A stretch of 64,000 nucleotides of DNA from Bacillota bacterium (GCA_037129925.1 JBAXTZ010000002.1:19273-83272); one strand, 5' to 3'. Shown: positions 27,986-38,976, counted from the first letter of the stretch. Translations and numbers: made by a program. Notes: generated by a model from the sequence alone, not told the origin.

Positions 27986-28750
27986 ATGATTTCGATCTTT
28001 AAGAATTTTTTCTCGCGCCAGAAAAAATATTCGGCAGCCGAGCTTGATTTAAACGCTCTGCCAAAGCATTTGGCAATTATTATGGACGGAAATGGACGCT
28101 GGGCAAATAAACGCGGTTTGCCACGGTCTTTTGGACATAAACAAGGCAGCGAAAACTTGCGGGATATTGTTCGCGCAGCCGGGAATATTGGCATCAAAAT
28201 GCTGACGGTGTACGCTTTTTCAACTGAAAATTGGAAACGACCGGCAGAAGAAATTGATTATCTGATGCTGTTGCTTACACAATACTTAGACAACGAGTTA
28301 CCTGAACTGGATAAAAACAATGTTCGCTTGCGATTTATCGGCGATACCTCAATATTTTCCGAGACGATCCGCAATAAAATCAGCTATGATGTAAACTTTC
28401 TTGCCAAAAACAGTGGAATGATTTTTAATATTGCGCTCAATTATGGCGGGCGGGACGAGATTGTCCGTGCAACCAAAACAATTGCTGAGCGCGTAGTTGC
28501 CGGAGCGCTTTCAATTGATAAGATTGATGAGCAAGTTTTTGCTGAAGCTACATATACTCCGGCTTTCCCGGATGTCGATTTATTAATTAGAACCAGTAAA
28601 GATATTCGGGTGAGTAATTTTCTGCTTTGGCAAATTGCTTATGCAGAAATGATTTTTGTGGATATTTTTTGGCCGGATTTTGTTCCGCAACGGTTGATGG
28701 AAGTTATTCTCGAGTTTCAAAATCGCAATCGACGCTTTGGAGGTCTATGA
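27986..28750 (+). CDS. uppS: Undecaprenyl diphosphate synthase
   Basis: HLAIIMDGNGRWA, YAFSTENWKRP, LNYGGR, SNFLLWQ. Confidence 0.97.
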   Translation: MISIFKNFFSRQKKYSAAELDLNALPKHLAIIMDGNGRWANKRGLPRSFGHKQGSENLRDIVRAAGNIGIKMLTVYAFSTENWKRPAEEIDYLMLLLTQYLDNELPELDKNNVRLRFIGDTSIFSETIRNKISYDVNFLAKNSGMIFNIALNYGGRDEIVRATKTIAERVVAGALSIDKIDEQVFAEATYTPAFPDVDLLIRTSKDIRVSNFLLWQIAYAEMIFVDIFWPDFVPQRLMEVILEFQNRNRRFGGL

Positions 28751-29577
28751 TGTTGCTTACTAGAACACTAACTGCAATCGTGGGAATTGCCCTGGCGATT
28801 TTCATCATCAATTATGGCGGACTAGTTTTTATTATGGCGCTGACGGTGTTGGCATTAGTTGCCTGGATGGAATTGGCGCGAATGTTTCGAAAAGCCGGAG
28901 TAAAAATTTGCACCTCGCTTGGCTCGGTGCTGATTGTCTTGTCAATGGTATTTGCCCGTTACGCCAATAATACCGAGTACCAGTTCATTTTGTTTTTTGC
29001 CATTGTGTTTTTGTTGGCAAAGGTGGTATTCACGAGCGGCAAATTTTCTATCGGTGACTGTGTTGCCACAGTGTTCGGCTTTTTTTATGTGTCTTTCTTA
29101 TTTTCGCATTTTGTAGAATTGCGATTTATTGATAATGAAACTATCTACAATTACAAATATTTTCAACTAAACCCCGGCACAGCGTACTTGTGGTTGGCAT
29201 TAATCGGCACTTGGGCTAGCGATAGTTTTGCCTATTTTACCGGTCGGCTGTTTGGCAGGACTAAATTAAATGTAACAATTAGTCCGGGCAAAACTTGGGA
29301 AGGTGTAATTGGCGGTGGCATTGGAGCAATAGCGGTCACTACTTTAGCAGTTTGGGGATTGGGATTGCCGCTATATTGTGGCGCGGTTATCGGTGCAATA
29401 GCTGCTGTTGTGGCGCCGTTAGGCGATCTTGCCGAATCAGCAATGAAGCGGTTCTGTAATGTCAAAGATTCAGGAAGTTTTTTTCCTGGTCATGGCGGCG
29501 TGTTGGATCGGTTTGATAGTTTATTGTTTGTAGTGCCGATGGTGTATTATTTTGTCGCGATAATCGTCATGGGATGA
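28747..29577 (+). CDS. cdsA: Phosphatidate cytidylyltransferase
   Basis: SPGKTWEG, GDLAESAMKR..VKDSG..PGHGGVLDRFDS. Confidence 0.96.
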   Translation: MMLLTRTLTAIVGIALAIFIINYGGLVFIMALTVLALVAWMELARMFRKAGVKICTSLGSVLIVLSMVFARYANNTEYQFILFFAIVFLLAKVVFTSGKFSIGDCVATVFGFFYVSFLFSHFVELRFIDNETIYNYKYFQLNPGTAYLWLALIGTWASDSFAYFTGRLFGRTKLNVTISPGKTWEGVIGGGIGAIAVTTLAVWGLGLPLYCGAVIGAIAAVVAPLGDLAESAMKRFCNVKDSGSFFPGHGGVLDRFDSLLFVVPMVYYFVAIIVMG

Positions 29578-29622
29578 ACGAGTAGTCAGGTAGATTTGAG
29601 AGGGAAAAATAGGTAGTATAAG

Positions 29623-30783
29623 ATGAAGAATATCGCTGTTTTAGGCAGTACCGGTTCGATTGGCACTCAAGCGCTGGATATCATTCGAAACAATGTCGAA
29701 TTATTTTCTGTTAAAACGATGTCGGCGCATTCCAATATCGATTTATTTGAAAAGCAAATTATTGAATTTCAGCCGGAATTAGCTGTATTAACCGATGAAG
29801 TCGCAGCGGCTAAATTGCGAGCGCGTTACTCCGGAAAAACAAAAATCCTCGGTGGCTTATCCGGATTGTTAGCGGCTGCAACGCATAATACGGTTGATAC
29901 TGTATTAACCGCGATGGTGGGGTTTGCCGGTCTGCGCCCGACTATTGCAGCCATTGAAGCCAAAAAAAATATCGCTTTGGCAAATAAAGAGACTTTGGTT
30001 GCCGCTGGCAGGATTGTAACCGTTGCTGCGCGGAATAATAATGTTTCAATAGTGCCTGTCGACAGCGAGCATAGCGCGATATTTCAAAGCTTAAACGGCG
30101 AAAATCGTAGTCAAATTAAACGCTTAATAGTGACAGCATCAGGTGGTCCCTTTTTTGGAATGAGCGCCACTGAGTTGCAAGAAGTGACATTAGAGCGGGC
30201 GTTAAAACACCCCAATTGGGTGATGGGGGCCAAAATCACTATTGATTCAGCAACGCTTGCCAATAAAGGACTAGAAGTAATCGAAGCGCGGTGGTTGTTC
30301 GATGTGCCGCTCGATCGGGTTGATGTTGTCGTCCATCGTCAAAGCATTATTCATTCGATGGTAGAATTTGTCGATAACAGTATTATTGCCCAAATGGGGT
30401 TGCCGGATATGCGCTTACCGATTCAATACGCGTTTACCTTTCCGGATCGCAGCAAAGCCCATTATCCGGCTACGGATTTATTAACGTTGAATGGACTGAC
30501 TTTTGAGCGACCGGATATGGATAATTTTCGGTGTTTAAAATTGGCTTATCAAGCCGGAACCGCCGGCGGGGTAGCGCCCTGCGTGTTTAATGCCGCCAAT
30601 GAAATTGCGGTTGCGGCTTTTGTCAATAAGCGTATCCGATTCATTGATATTCCGGCAGTTATTGAACAAACCCTTGCCAATATAGCGATTGCCGACGATG
30701 ACGAATTGGATGTTATTTTTGCGGCTGATGCCCAAGCGCGACAATTTGCAGAAAAATATATTACAGAGAATGATGGTGATTAA
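29623..30783 (+). CDS. dxr: 1-deoxy-D-xylulose-5-phosphate reductoisomerase
   Basis: LGSTGSIG, LANKE, PVDSEH, HPNWVMGAKITIDSAT. Confidence 0.98.
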   Translation: MKNIAVLGSTGSIGTQALDIIRNNVELFSVKTMSAHSNIDLFEKQIIEFQPELAVLTDEVAAAKLRARYSGKTKILGGLSGLLAAATHNTVDTVLTAMVGFAGLRPTIAAIEAKKNIALANKETLVAAGRIVTVAARNNNVSIVPVDSEHSAIFQSLNGENRSQIKRLIVTASGGPFFGMSATELQEVTLERALKHPNWVMGAKITIDSATLANKGLEVIEARWLFDVPLDRVDVVVHRQSIIHSMVEFVDNSIIAQMGLPDMRLPIQYAFTFPDRSKAHYPATDLLTLNGLTFERPDMDNFRCLKLAYQAGTAGGVAPCVFNAANEIAVAAFVNKRIRFIDIPAVIEQTLANIAIADDDELDVIFAADAQARQFAEKYITENDGD

Positions 30784-31815
30784 ATGTTTTCAACCGTTGC
30801 AGTAATACTGGTCTTTGGTATCCTAGTTTTTTTTCATGAACTGGGGCATTTTGTTACAGCGAAACTAACCGGAATGCAGGTTGATGAATTTGCAATTGGC
30901 TTCGGACCGAAGCTGATAAGCTTTACGCGTGGAGAAACCCGCTATTCGTTACGGCTAATTCCACTCGGCGGTTATAATAAAATCGCCGGAATGGACAGTG
31001 ATGATAATGTTTCGGATCGTGGTTTTTGCACAAAACCGGCATGGGCGAAATTTTTGGTCATAATTACCGGCTCGCTAATGAATTTTGTGTTGCCGGTACT
31101 ACTGTTGTTCGTTGCATTTTTTGCCTATGGAATTCCTCAATTTCATGATCAACCAATGATTGGCGCTGTTGATGGACAAAAAGCCGCCTATCATGCCGGA
31201 ATTAATGTTGGCGATAAAATTACCGCAGTCAACGGTAATAATGTTTCAACTTGGACCGCGTTCACTGAAACGCTAAAAACAAATGGTGTCAAGAGCGTGC
31301 ATCTAACTGTCGAGCGAAATGGAAAACCGCTGGTAATTGATGTAGTGCCGCAATTTGATAGCAAAGCTGGTAAGCCAATCATCGGCGTATCGCCGAAAGT
31401 TGACGTAGAGTATCCGGGATTTGTAAAATCAGCGCAGTTGGCAGTAACGACACCAATTGAAGTTGCCGGATTAATTTTGAGCGGATTTTATCAAATGATT
31501 ACCGGGAAAGTTCCGGCTGATTTAGCCGGACCAATCGGAGTAATCGATATGACAAGTCAGGTAGCCAAAAGCGGAATGGCAGCCTTGTTACAGTTCACAG
31601 CCTTTCTGAGTATAAACTTAGGGATAATAAATTTATTGCCGTTACCGGCGCTCGACGGTGGACATATTATTGTCATAATAATCGAAGCAATCCGGCGTAA
31701 ACCGTTGCCCGGAGCGGTACTGAAAAAAATTCAAATAATTGGTTTTGCATTGTTGATGACGTTATTTTTGTTTGCAACGATTCAAGATGTTGCGCGATTA
31801 AACATATTTAATTAG
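30784..31815 (+). CDS. rseP: RIP metalloprotease RseP
   Basis: HELGH, PDZ domain, NLLPLPALDGG. Confidence 0.96.
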   Translation: MFSTVAVILVFGILVFFHELGHFVTAKLTGMQVDEFAIGFGPKLISFTRGETRYSLRLIPLGGYNKIAGMDSDDNVSDRGFCTKPAWAKFLVIITGSLMNFVLPVLLLFVAFFAYGIPQFHDQPMIGAVDGQKAAYHAGINVGDKITAVNGNNVSTWTAFTETLKTNGVKSVHLTVERNGKPLVIDVVPQFDSKAGKPIIGVSPKVDVEYPGFVKSAQLAVTTPIEVAGLILSGFYQMITGKVPADLAGPIGVIDMTSQVAKSGMAALLQFTAFLSINLGIINLLPLPALDGGHIIVIIIEAIRRKPLPGAVLKKIQIIGFALLMTLFLFATIQDVARLNIFN

Positions 31816-31823
31816 GCGTTGAC

Positions 31824-31851
31824 GTAAGAAGTAAGAGGTAAGAAGTAAGAT
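31824..31851 (+). repeat. 4 x 7-bp tandem repeat (GTAAGAN) spanning the ispG RBS
   Basis: gtaagaa gtaagag gtaagaa gtaagat. Confidence 0.8.
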
Positions 31852-32938
31852 GGTTGAATCTGGACCGGATACGACAAGCAGACGCTTGACCCGGCAAATA
31901 AAATTGGGAAATGTGTTAATCGGCGGCGGAGCACCTCTGTCGGTGCAGTCGATGTGCAATACCAAAACGCACGATGTTGCTGCAACTGTTGAACAGATTA
32001 AACGGATGGAAGCTTGTGGCTGCGATATTGCCAGAGTTGCTGTTCCGGATATGTTAGCAGCCGAAGCTATTACCGCGATTCGTAAGCAAATTCATATTCC
32101 GCTAGTTGCCGATATCCATTTTGATTATCGATTGGCGCTCAGAGCGGCAGAAAATGGCATTGATGGTCTGCGAATTAATCCGGGAAATATAGGCGGCATG
32201 GAAAATGTTCAAGCAGTAGTGGCTAGCGCCAAGAAGCATGGCATTCCAATCCGAATCGGCGTTAACGCCGGTTCGTTGGAAAAGGAACTTTTGCAAAAAT
32301 ACGGCCGCCCAACGGCTGAGGCGCTGTGCGAGAGCGCGCTTGGGCATATTAGATTGCTCGAACAATGTGATTTTTACGCTATCAAGATTTCATTAAAAGC
32401 GCACGACGTGCCATTAACCATCGCGGCTTATCGCAATATGGCCCAAATGTGCGACTACCCGCTGCATGTCGGAATTACTGAGGCCGGAACGTTGAAGTCC
32501 GGGGTGATAAAATCGGCAGTTGGTATTGGCGCATTACTTGCCGAAGGTATTGGCGATACAATTCGTGTGTCATTAACCGGCGACCCGGTACAAGAAGTGA
32601 AAACCGGAAATGAAATATTGAAATCGCTGGGTATGAAGGTATATGGTCCGGAATTAATATCTTGTCCGACCTGTGGACGGACGAATATTGATTTGATTGG
32701 ATTGGCAGAACGGATAGAACGGCGGTTAGAAGGCATTACTATCCCGATAAAAGTCGCAGTTATGGGCTGTGTGGTAAACGGACCGGGCGAGGCGCGTGAA
32801 GCTGACGTCGGTGTTGCCGGTGGTCTTGAATATGGTATTGTTTTTCGCCGGGGTGAAGTGATCAAAAAAGTGCCGGAAGCCGAATTGGAAGACGAATTAT
32901 TTAAAGAAATCGAGAGGATTTGTAATGAGAGCAAGTAA
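31850..32938 (+). CDS. ispG: (E)-4-hydroxy-3-methylbut-2-enyl-diphosphate synthase
   Basis: [34 protein letters not shown]. Confidence 0.98.
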   Translation: MVESGPDTTSRRLTRQIKLGNVLIGGGAPLSVQSMCNTKTHDVAATVEQIKRMEACGCDIARVAVPDMLAAEAITAIRKQIHIPLVADIHFDYRLALRAAENGIDGLRINPGNIGGMENVQAVVASAKKHGIPIRIGVNAGSLEKELLQKYGRPTAEALCESALGHIRLLEQCDFYAIKISLKAHDVPLTIAAYRNMAQMCDYPLHVGITEAGTLKSGVIKSAVGIGALLAEGIGDTIRVSLTGDPVQEVKTGNEILKSLGMKVYGPELISCPTCGRTNIDLIGLAERIERRLEGITIPIKVAVMGCVVNGPGEAREADVGVAGGLEYGIVFRRGEVIKKVPEAELEDELFKEIERICNESK

Positions 32939-34622
32939 ATTATACGCGCCTACTTTGCGTGAAGTTCCGGCGGAGGCCGATATTGTCAGTCACCAATTAT
33001 TAATGCGTGCCGGTTATATTCGCAAAGCGGCCGGCGGAATATATAGTTATTTGCCATTGGCGCTTCGGGTGTTGCGGAAGATTGAAGCCATTGTGCGTGA
33101 AGAAATGAACGCCGAGGACGCACAAGAAGTTTTAATGCCGATAACCCAACCAGCCGAAATCTGGCAGGAATCGGGGCGCTGGGATGTATATGGCGACGAG
33201 ATGTGGCGTCTGAGTGATCGGCACGGCCGGATGTTTTGTCTTGGACCTACGCATGAAGAGATGATTACTACTTTGGTGAAAATGGACGTACGCTCTTATC
33301 GGCAATTGCCGCTTAATTTGTTTCAGATCCAAAACAAATATCGTGATGAAATTCGTCCGCGCTTCGGGGTAATTCGTGGTCGTGAATTTATTATGAAAGA
33401 TGCCTATTCATTTGATAAAGATGTTGCCGGATTGGCAATAAATTACCAGAAGATGTTCGACGCGTACACGAAAATATTCAGCCGCTGCGGATTGAACTTT
33501 CGCCCGGTCGAGGCTGACTCCGGGGCAATCGGCGGTAGCGGTTCACACGAGTTTATGGCGTTGTGTGAAACTGGTGAAGGCGGTGTCGTTTTCTGCAAAC
33601 AGTGTTCTTACGCTGCTAATGATGAAAAAGCTGAGTTGGCGGTTATCGTTATGCCTGTTGAAACTGAATTGGCATTGCAGATAGTGGATACGCCAAACGT
33701 AAAAACAATCGCTGAAGTGGCAGAATTCTTAAACGTCGAAAATTGCCGCTTAATAAAGTCCGTTGCCTATCATACCGAAACAGGTCCGGTACTGGTATTG
33801 ATTCGTGGTGATCATCAGGTAAACGATATTAAACTCAAAAACAGTTTGGGATGTTTGAATCTGGACATGGCTACGGAGCGGGCAATAGTCGAAGATATGC
33901 ATAGTATTAGCGGATTTATCGGACCAATCGGTTTAAAAGCTGTGAAAATAGTCGCAGATAGTAGCGTAATGAATATGTATAACGCGGTTACTGGCGCGAA
34001 TGCAACCGATAAACACTATGTTAACGTTAATCCTAAAAGAGATTTTAAGGCAGATATTGTCACGGATATCCGTTTGATTAAAGCTAACGACCCCTGTCCG
34101 CGTTGCGGAGAACCGGTGGAATATGCCCGCGGCATAGAAGTAGGTCAAGTATTCAAGCTCGGGACAAAGTATTCGCAAGTTCTCGATGCAACTTACTTAG
34201 ACGAAGCTGGGAAAGCCAAGCCGATGGTTATGGGGTGCTATGGAATTGGCGTTTCACGGACGATGGCCGCAGTTATTGAACAATGTCATGATAGTAACGG
34301 AATAATTTGGCCGGTCAGTATCGCGCCTTATCAGACTGTAGTTGTGCCAATAAGTGCTAAAGATGCCGAACAAATGACGATTGCCGAGCGTATATACAAG
34401 ACACTTAGCGATAACGGTATTGAGACTGTGCTAGATGATCGCAATGAGCGCCCAGGTGTAAAGTTCAAGGACGCAGACTTGATTGGTTATCCGCTGAAAA
34501 TAACTGTTGGCGGCAAGGCAATCAATGAAGGTCTTTTGGAAGTTAAAGAACGTAAGAACGGTGAAGTGCATTTTATTGCGGTCGAGAACTTTATTGACGA
34601 TATCCGAAAGTTGCTGGGGTAG
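32925..34622 (+). CDS. proS: Proline--tRNA ligase
   Basis: [15 protein letters not shown], editing insert, MGCYGIG. Confidence 0.98.
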   Translation: MRASKLYAPTLREVPAEADIVSHQLLMRAGYIRKAAGGIYSYLPLALRVLRKIEAIVREEMNAEDAQEVLMPITQPAEIWQESGRWDVYGDEMWRLSDRHGRMFCLGPTHEEMITTLVKMDVRSYRQLPLNLFQIQNKYRDEIRPRFGVIRGREFIMKDAYSFDKDVAGLAINYQKMFDAYTKIFSRCGLNFRPVEADSGAIGGSGSHEFMALCETGEGGVVFCKQCSYAANDEKAELAVIVMPVETELALQIVDTPNVKTIAEVAEFLNVENCRLIKSVAYHTETGPVLVLIRGDHQVNDIKLKNSLGCLNLDMATERAIVEDMHSISGFIGPIGLKAVKIVADSSVMNMYNAVTGANATDKHYVNVNPKRDFKADIVTDIRLIKANDPCPRCGEPVEYARGIEVGQVFKLGTKYSQVLDATYLDEAGKAKPMVMGCYGIGVSRTMAAVIEQCHDSNGIIWPVSIAPYQTVVVPISAKDAEQMTIAERIYKTLSDNGIETVLDDRNERPGVKFKDADLIGYPLKITVGGKAINEGLLEVKERKNGEVHFIAVENFIDDIRKLLG

Positions 34623-34670
34623 ATTTATTGATAAAAGCAGCGCGTGCTAAGCAGCGAAATTACGTAAAGA

Positions 34671-36062
34671 GTGAATATGAGTAATTATTTGAAATTTCTT
34701 GCAAAATTAAGTATCCCCGAGGCAATTAAAAAAACTTTTCAAGAAGGCGCACTGCAAACAGTTTCGTTTGATGAAAAAACAGGATCCTTGTATTTGAACG
34801 TTCTAATCCAAGAATCAATAGATACTGAACAGCTTTCGACAATTTCGTTAGCGTTAGCTAAATTGCTTGGTGTTAACCAAGTAGTATTCGAAATCGGGCA
34901 GTCAGAAAAAATCAATTATAATGTTTTCGCAAGTCAGCCACATGAGATGCTAAACGAAGCCGGAGTTGAGTTTCCGGCTATTGTTTGGCGTTCTCTTGTT
35001 ACTGCTGCAATTAATGTTCAAAATAACCAAATTATGATTGTTGTCGATAACGATACTGTTGAAAAATTACTGTATGATAATCAAACTATTGAGTTGATAA
35101 AACAATTCGTAGTTGAGCATACCGATCATGTTTCTCCAGATAGTGTTGAAATAAATATTGTTGTACAAGAATTACCCGAAGACAATAATATGATAGAAGA
35201 AGATTTGCGGGCTTCTGAAGCTGAAGCCGGTTCTATTTCGTTTGATGACAAGGTTAGCGGCAAAAGTTCGCCAAAAAGTTCCGTCCAATTATTCGGCAAG
35301 CCCAGCAAGGTCGTCGCAAAACGGATTTTGGAATTAATTCGTGACGAATCGTCTAATGTCGCGATTGAGGGCAAAATTTTCAAAGTGGAATCGAGAAAAA
35401 CTGCCAACAAGGCGACAATTATACTTTTTTCGGTCGTAGACGATAGCGAAGCGTTGAATTGTAAGATATTTATTAGAGCCAACAAAGATGATGACGGGCT
35501 AGTTGATCGAATTAAAACAGGACTACTGGTAAGAATTGTTGGTGATATCAAACGTGATCAATACGACAGCCGCGGCGGCTTGGTTATGGAGCCAAAATCA
35601 ATTACCGTTTTACCGCCAAAGCCATTACGAATTGACGACTGCGAGCATAAGCGGGTGGAATTTCATTGTCATAGTAAAATGAGTTCTTTGGATGCTACAG
35701 TTTCGGCTACGGACATTGTCAGTACCGCAGCACGCTGGGGGCATAAAGCCGTTGCAATTACCGATCACGGAGTGGCGCAATCTTTTCCGGATGCAGCTCG
35801 AGCGGCTGCTAAGTATAATAAGTCAGCGCTAGATGCAGGAGTTGAACATCGTATTAAAGTAATCTACGGGATCGAGGGTTATCTTGTTCACGATGAGTCA
35901 ATTGATGATGCTAAGGCGCATCTTTATCACATTATTATTCTGGCAAAGAATACAGTCGGTCTAAAAAATCTGTATAAGTTGATTTCCGATTCACACTTAT
36001 TGCGTTACAAAAAGCGACCGCGGATGTTAATTCGGACATTGAAAAGTATCGCGATGGGTTGA
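34671..36062 (+). CDS. polC: DNA polymerase III PolC, N-terminal part (NTD, OB, start of PHP); frameshifted near 36024-36031
   Basis: RVEFHCHSKMS, AITDHG, GLKNLYKLIS, RPR; homology continues in the -1 frame. Confidence 0.88.
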   Translation: MNMSNYLKFLAKLSIPEAIKKTFQEGALQTVSFDEKTGSLYLNVLIQESIDTEQLSTISLALAKLLGVNQVVFEIGQSEKINYNVFASQPHEMLNEAGVEFPAIVWRSLVTAAINVQNNQIMIVVDNDTVEKLLYDNQTIELIKQFVVEHTDHVSPDSVEINIVVQELPEDNNMIEEDLRASEAEAGSISFDDKVSGKSSPKSSVQLFGKPSKVVAKRILELIRDESSNVAIEGKIFKVESRKTANKATIILFSVVDDSEALNCKIFIRANKDDDGLVDRIKTGLLVRIVGDIKRDQYDSRGGLVMEPKSITVLPPKPLRIDDCEHKRVEFHCHSKMSSLDATVSATDIVSTAARWGHKAVAITDHGVAQSFPDAARAAAKYNKSALDAGVEHRIKVIYGIEGYLVHDESIDDAKAHLYHIIILAKNTVGLKNLYKLISDSHLLRYKKRPRMLIRTLKSIAMG

Positions 36063-38398
36063 TAGTCGGGAGCGCCTGTGAAGCCGGAGAAGTATTTACC
36101 GCAATCGCGACCGGTGAAAGCGCTGCTGAAATCGAACGGATAGCTGAGTTTTATGATTATTTGGAAATTCAGCCAACGGCTAACAATTCCTTTATGATTC
36201 GTAAAGGTCAAGCGCGCAATTATGAACACTTGCAGTCCTTTAACACTCAGATAGTTAAGCTTGGCGAGTTGCTAAACAAACCTGTATTGGCAACAACTGA
36301 CGCGCATTTTCTCAATCCTGAAGATGAAATATACCGCAGCATAATTCTTGCCGTTAAAGGTATGGAAGATGGTAGTCAGCCATTACCACTATTCTTTCGA
36401 ACTACTAAAGAAATGTTAGCAGAATTTTCCTATCTTGGTGAAGCCAAAGCTTTTGAAGTGGTCGTTACTAACACTAATTTGATTGCTGATTCTATTGAAA
36501 CACTTCAGCCAATACCAAACAAATTGTTTCCGCCAAAAATTCTTGGCGCTGAAGAAGAAATTAAGCAGATGGCTCTCGATAATGCAAAATTGCAATATGG
36601 CGAGCAATTGCCGGAAATTGTCCGTGAGCGATTGGATTTTGAACTTAGTTCAATAATTGGTCACGGCTACGCGGTTTTATATCTCATTGCCCACAAACTG
36701 GTAAGAAAATCCAACGAGGACGGCTATTTAGTCGGGTCACGGGGTTCAGTTGGCTCATCTTTTGTGGCTACGATGACCGAGATTACCGAGGTTAATCCGT
36801 TGCCGCCGCATTGGCTGTGTCCAAAATGTAAAACTAGTGAATTTGTTATTGACGGTAGTGTGGCAAACGGTTTTGATTTACCGAATAAAAATTGCCTTTG
36901 CGGAGCTGTTTTTCAAAAAAATGGACACAACATTCCTTTTGCCGTGTTCATGGGCTTTGAAGGCGATAAAACACCGGATATTGATTTGAACTTCTCGGGC
37001 GAATATCAAGCGAAGATTCATAAATTCACCGAGGAATTATTGGGAAAAGAAAATGTATTTCGGGCTGGAACAATTTCGACAGTGGCCGAAAAGAACGCTT
37101 ATGGTTTTGTAAAAAAGTACTTTGAAAAGAAGGGGTTTAGCGCCAGCGAAGCCTATATCGCCTCATTTTCCGAAGGCTGCGTCGGTGTTAAACGCACGTC
37201 CGGACAACACCCGGGCGGTTTGATGGTCGTACCCTATGATATGGAAATATTTGACGTTACTCCGGTGCAATATCCGGCCGAAGCCAAGGACACCGGCATA
37301 ATCACAACTCACTTTGACTATCATTCTATTCATGATGCTTTAGTAAAGCTAGACAACCTTGGTCACGACGTGCCGACGATCATCAAAGACCTAAGTGAAA
37401 TGTCGAGTATCGATCCCAATAGCGTGGCCTTTGACGATGTCCTCACGCTCAGTTTGTTTAGCTCGACTGAGGCGGTCGGCCTAACCCCGGAGCAGTTGTT
37501 GGGTTCAACTGTGGCGACATTCGGAATTCCGGAATTTGGCACAAAATTCGTTCGGGAGATGCTCCGCGATACCAATCCCAAAAAATTTAGTGAGTTAGTG
37601 CGTATTTCCGGATTCTCTCATGGTACCGACGTTTGGCTGGGAAACGCTAAGGACTTAATAGTTAGTAAAACCGCCAAAGTCGGCGAAGTCATTTCCGCAC
37701 GAGACGATATAATGATTTATCTTATTGATAAAGGTTTAGAGCGAAAACACGCTTTTACCATAATGGAAAACGTCCGCAAAGGCAAAGGACTTAGTGCTCT
37801 GGACGCGGAAACAATGAAAGCGGCAAAAGTCCCGAACTGGTATATTGAGTCTTGTCGCAAAATAAAGTATCTGTTTCCGAAAGCCCACGCAGCAGCGTAT
37901 GTTATGATGGCTTTTCGTATCGCCTATTTTAAGGTTCACGAACCGTTGCCGTTTTATGCCGCGTCATTTTCGGTAAAAGCTGAAGATTTTGATGCCGAAA
38001 TGATCTGTAATGGCTTGGAGCGGTTAAAACGCGAATACGAGCTACTGGAACGAAAAGGAAAAGAAATCAGTGGCAAGGAAGAAGTTTTGATGCCGATAAT
38101 GGAGCTGGCAATAGAAATGTATTTACGGGGCTTTGAGTTTATGCAAGTTGACTTGCAACGTTCGCATTGTAAAAAATTTAGAATTGTTGACGGCAAAATC
38201 TTGCCGCCGCTCTGCTCGTTGAGCGGATTAGGCGGTAATGCAGCATTGAATATTGAGCGGGAACGTGATGTCCGACCGTTTACGTCCATAGAAGATATGC
38301 AAACCAGAGCGCGAATTAATAAGACGGTTACTGAAGTTATGCGTACTCACGGTTGTCTTGTCGGCATGGATGAAACTGATCAAATGACATTATTCTAA
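36059..38398 (+). CDS. polC: DNA polymerase III PolC, C-terminal part (rest of PHP, polymerase core)
   Basis: GSACEAGE, GYLVGSRGSVGSS, PDIDLNFSG, KIKYLFPKAHAAAY. Confidence 0.92.
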   Translation: MIVGSACEAGEVFTAIATGESAAEIERIAEFYDYLEIQPTANNSFMIRKGQARNYEHLQSFNTQIVKLGELLNKPVLATTDAHFLNPEDEIYRSIILAVKGMEDGSQPLPLFFRTTKEMLAEFSYLGEAKAFEVVVTNTNLIADSIETLQPIPNKLFPPKILGAEEEIKQMALDNAKLQYGEQLPEIVRERLDFELSSIIGHGYAVLYLIAHKLVRKSNEDGYLVGSRGSVGSSFVATMTEITEVNPLPPHWLCPKCKTSEFVIDGSVANGFDLPNKNCLCGAVFQKNGHNIPFAVFMGFEGDKTPDIDLNFSGEYQAKIHKFTEELLGKENVFRAGTISTVAEKNAYGFVKKYFEKKGFSASEAYIASFSEGCVGVKRTSGQHPGGLMVVPYDMEIFDVTPVQYPAEAKDTGIITTHFDYHSIHDALVKLDNLGHDVPTIIKDLSEMSSIDPNSVAFDDVLTLSLFSSTEAVGLTPEQLLGSTVATFGIPEFGTKFVREMLRDTNPKKFSELVRISGFSHGTDVWLGNAKDLIVSKTAKVGEVISARDDIMIYLIDKGLERKHAFTIMENVRKGKGLSALDAETMKAAKVPNWYIESCRKIKYLFPKAHAAAYVMMAFRIAYFKVHEPLPFYAASFSVKAEDFDAEMICNGLERLKREYELLERKGKEISGKEEVLMPIMELAIEMYLRGFEFMQVDLQRSHCKKFRIVDGKILPPLCSLSGLGGNAALNIERERDVRPFTSIEDMQTRARINKTVTEVMRTHGCLVGMDETDQMTLF

Positions 38399-38415
38399 AT
38401 ATTTTCTTGTTTTGC

Positions 38416-38494
38416 TTGCTTGCAAGACCGTTACAATGTATAATTATGCCATTATTATATACGCTTGCTAAAGAGTGGGGATGCCCCACTCTTT
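38416..38494 (+). promoter_or_regulatory. Promoter and leader hairpin of the rimP-nusA-infB operon
   Basis: TTGCTT, 17 bp, TATAAT (38416-38444); aaagagtgggg-atg-ccccactcttt hairpin (38470-38494), typical upstream of Firmicute rimP. Confidence 0.7.
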
Positions 38495-38517
38495 AATCTT
38501 ATGACCAAGGAGTGTCG

Positions 38518-38976
38518 GTGGATAGACAAAGTATTGAAAAAAAAGTAGCAGAATTAGTTAGTGAAATTATTTATGGCACCGATTTTGAATTGGTTGATAT
38601 TGAGTATGTAAAAGAGCGTGACTGGTATCTAAGAGTGCTGTTAGACAAGCCGGGCGGAATTATGATGGATGACTGCAGTTTTGTCAGTTCCAAGCTCAAT
38701 CCGTTGCTGGACACTGTTTTAGATATACCGCAGCAGTATTTTTTGGAAGTTTCTTCGCCCGGGCTAGAGCGCCCGTTAAAAACGCTTCGCGATTTTGAGC
38801 GAAACTTTGGAAAAAAGGTGAAAATAAAGTTTTTTGCTCCAATAGAAGGACAAAAGACTTTGGTTGGAGTTTTAAACTCAGCTACGGATGCTGGACTAGA
38901 ATTGCTTATTGATGAAAATCCCATGCATATAGCTATGGATAAGATTGCTTCAATTAAGCTACATATTGAATTTTGA
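38518..38976 (+). CDS. rimP: Ribosome maturation factor RimP
   Basis: ELVDIEY, LEVSSPGLERPL; position before nusA. Confidence 0.95.
   Translation: MDRQSIEKKVAELVSEIIYGTDFELVDIEYVKERDWYLRVLLDKPGGIMMDDCSFVSSKLNPLLDTVLDIPQQYFLEVSSPGLERPLKTLRDFERNFGKKVKIKFFAPIEGQKTLVGVLNSATDAGLELLIDENPMHIAMDKIASIKLHIEF

Noticed and set aside
36007-36014. C-AAA-AAG as a programmed -1 frameshift site in polC
   Set aside because: The conserved RPR motif lies downstream in the unshifted frame, so the shift must occur later; the heptamer is also imperfect.
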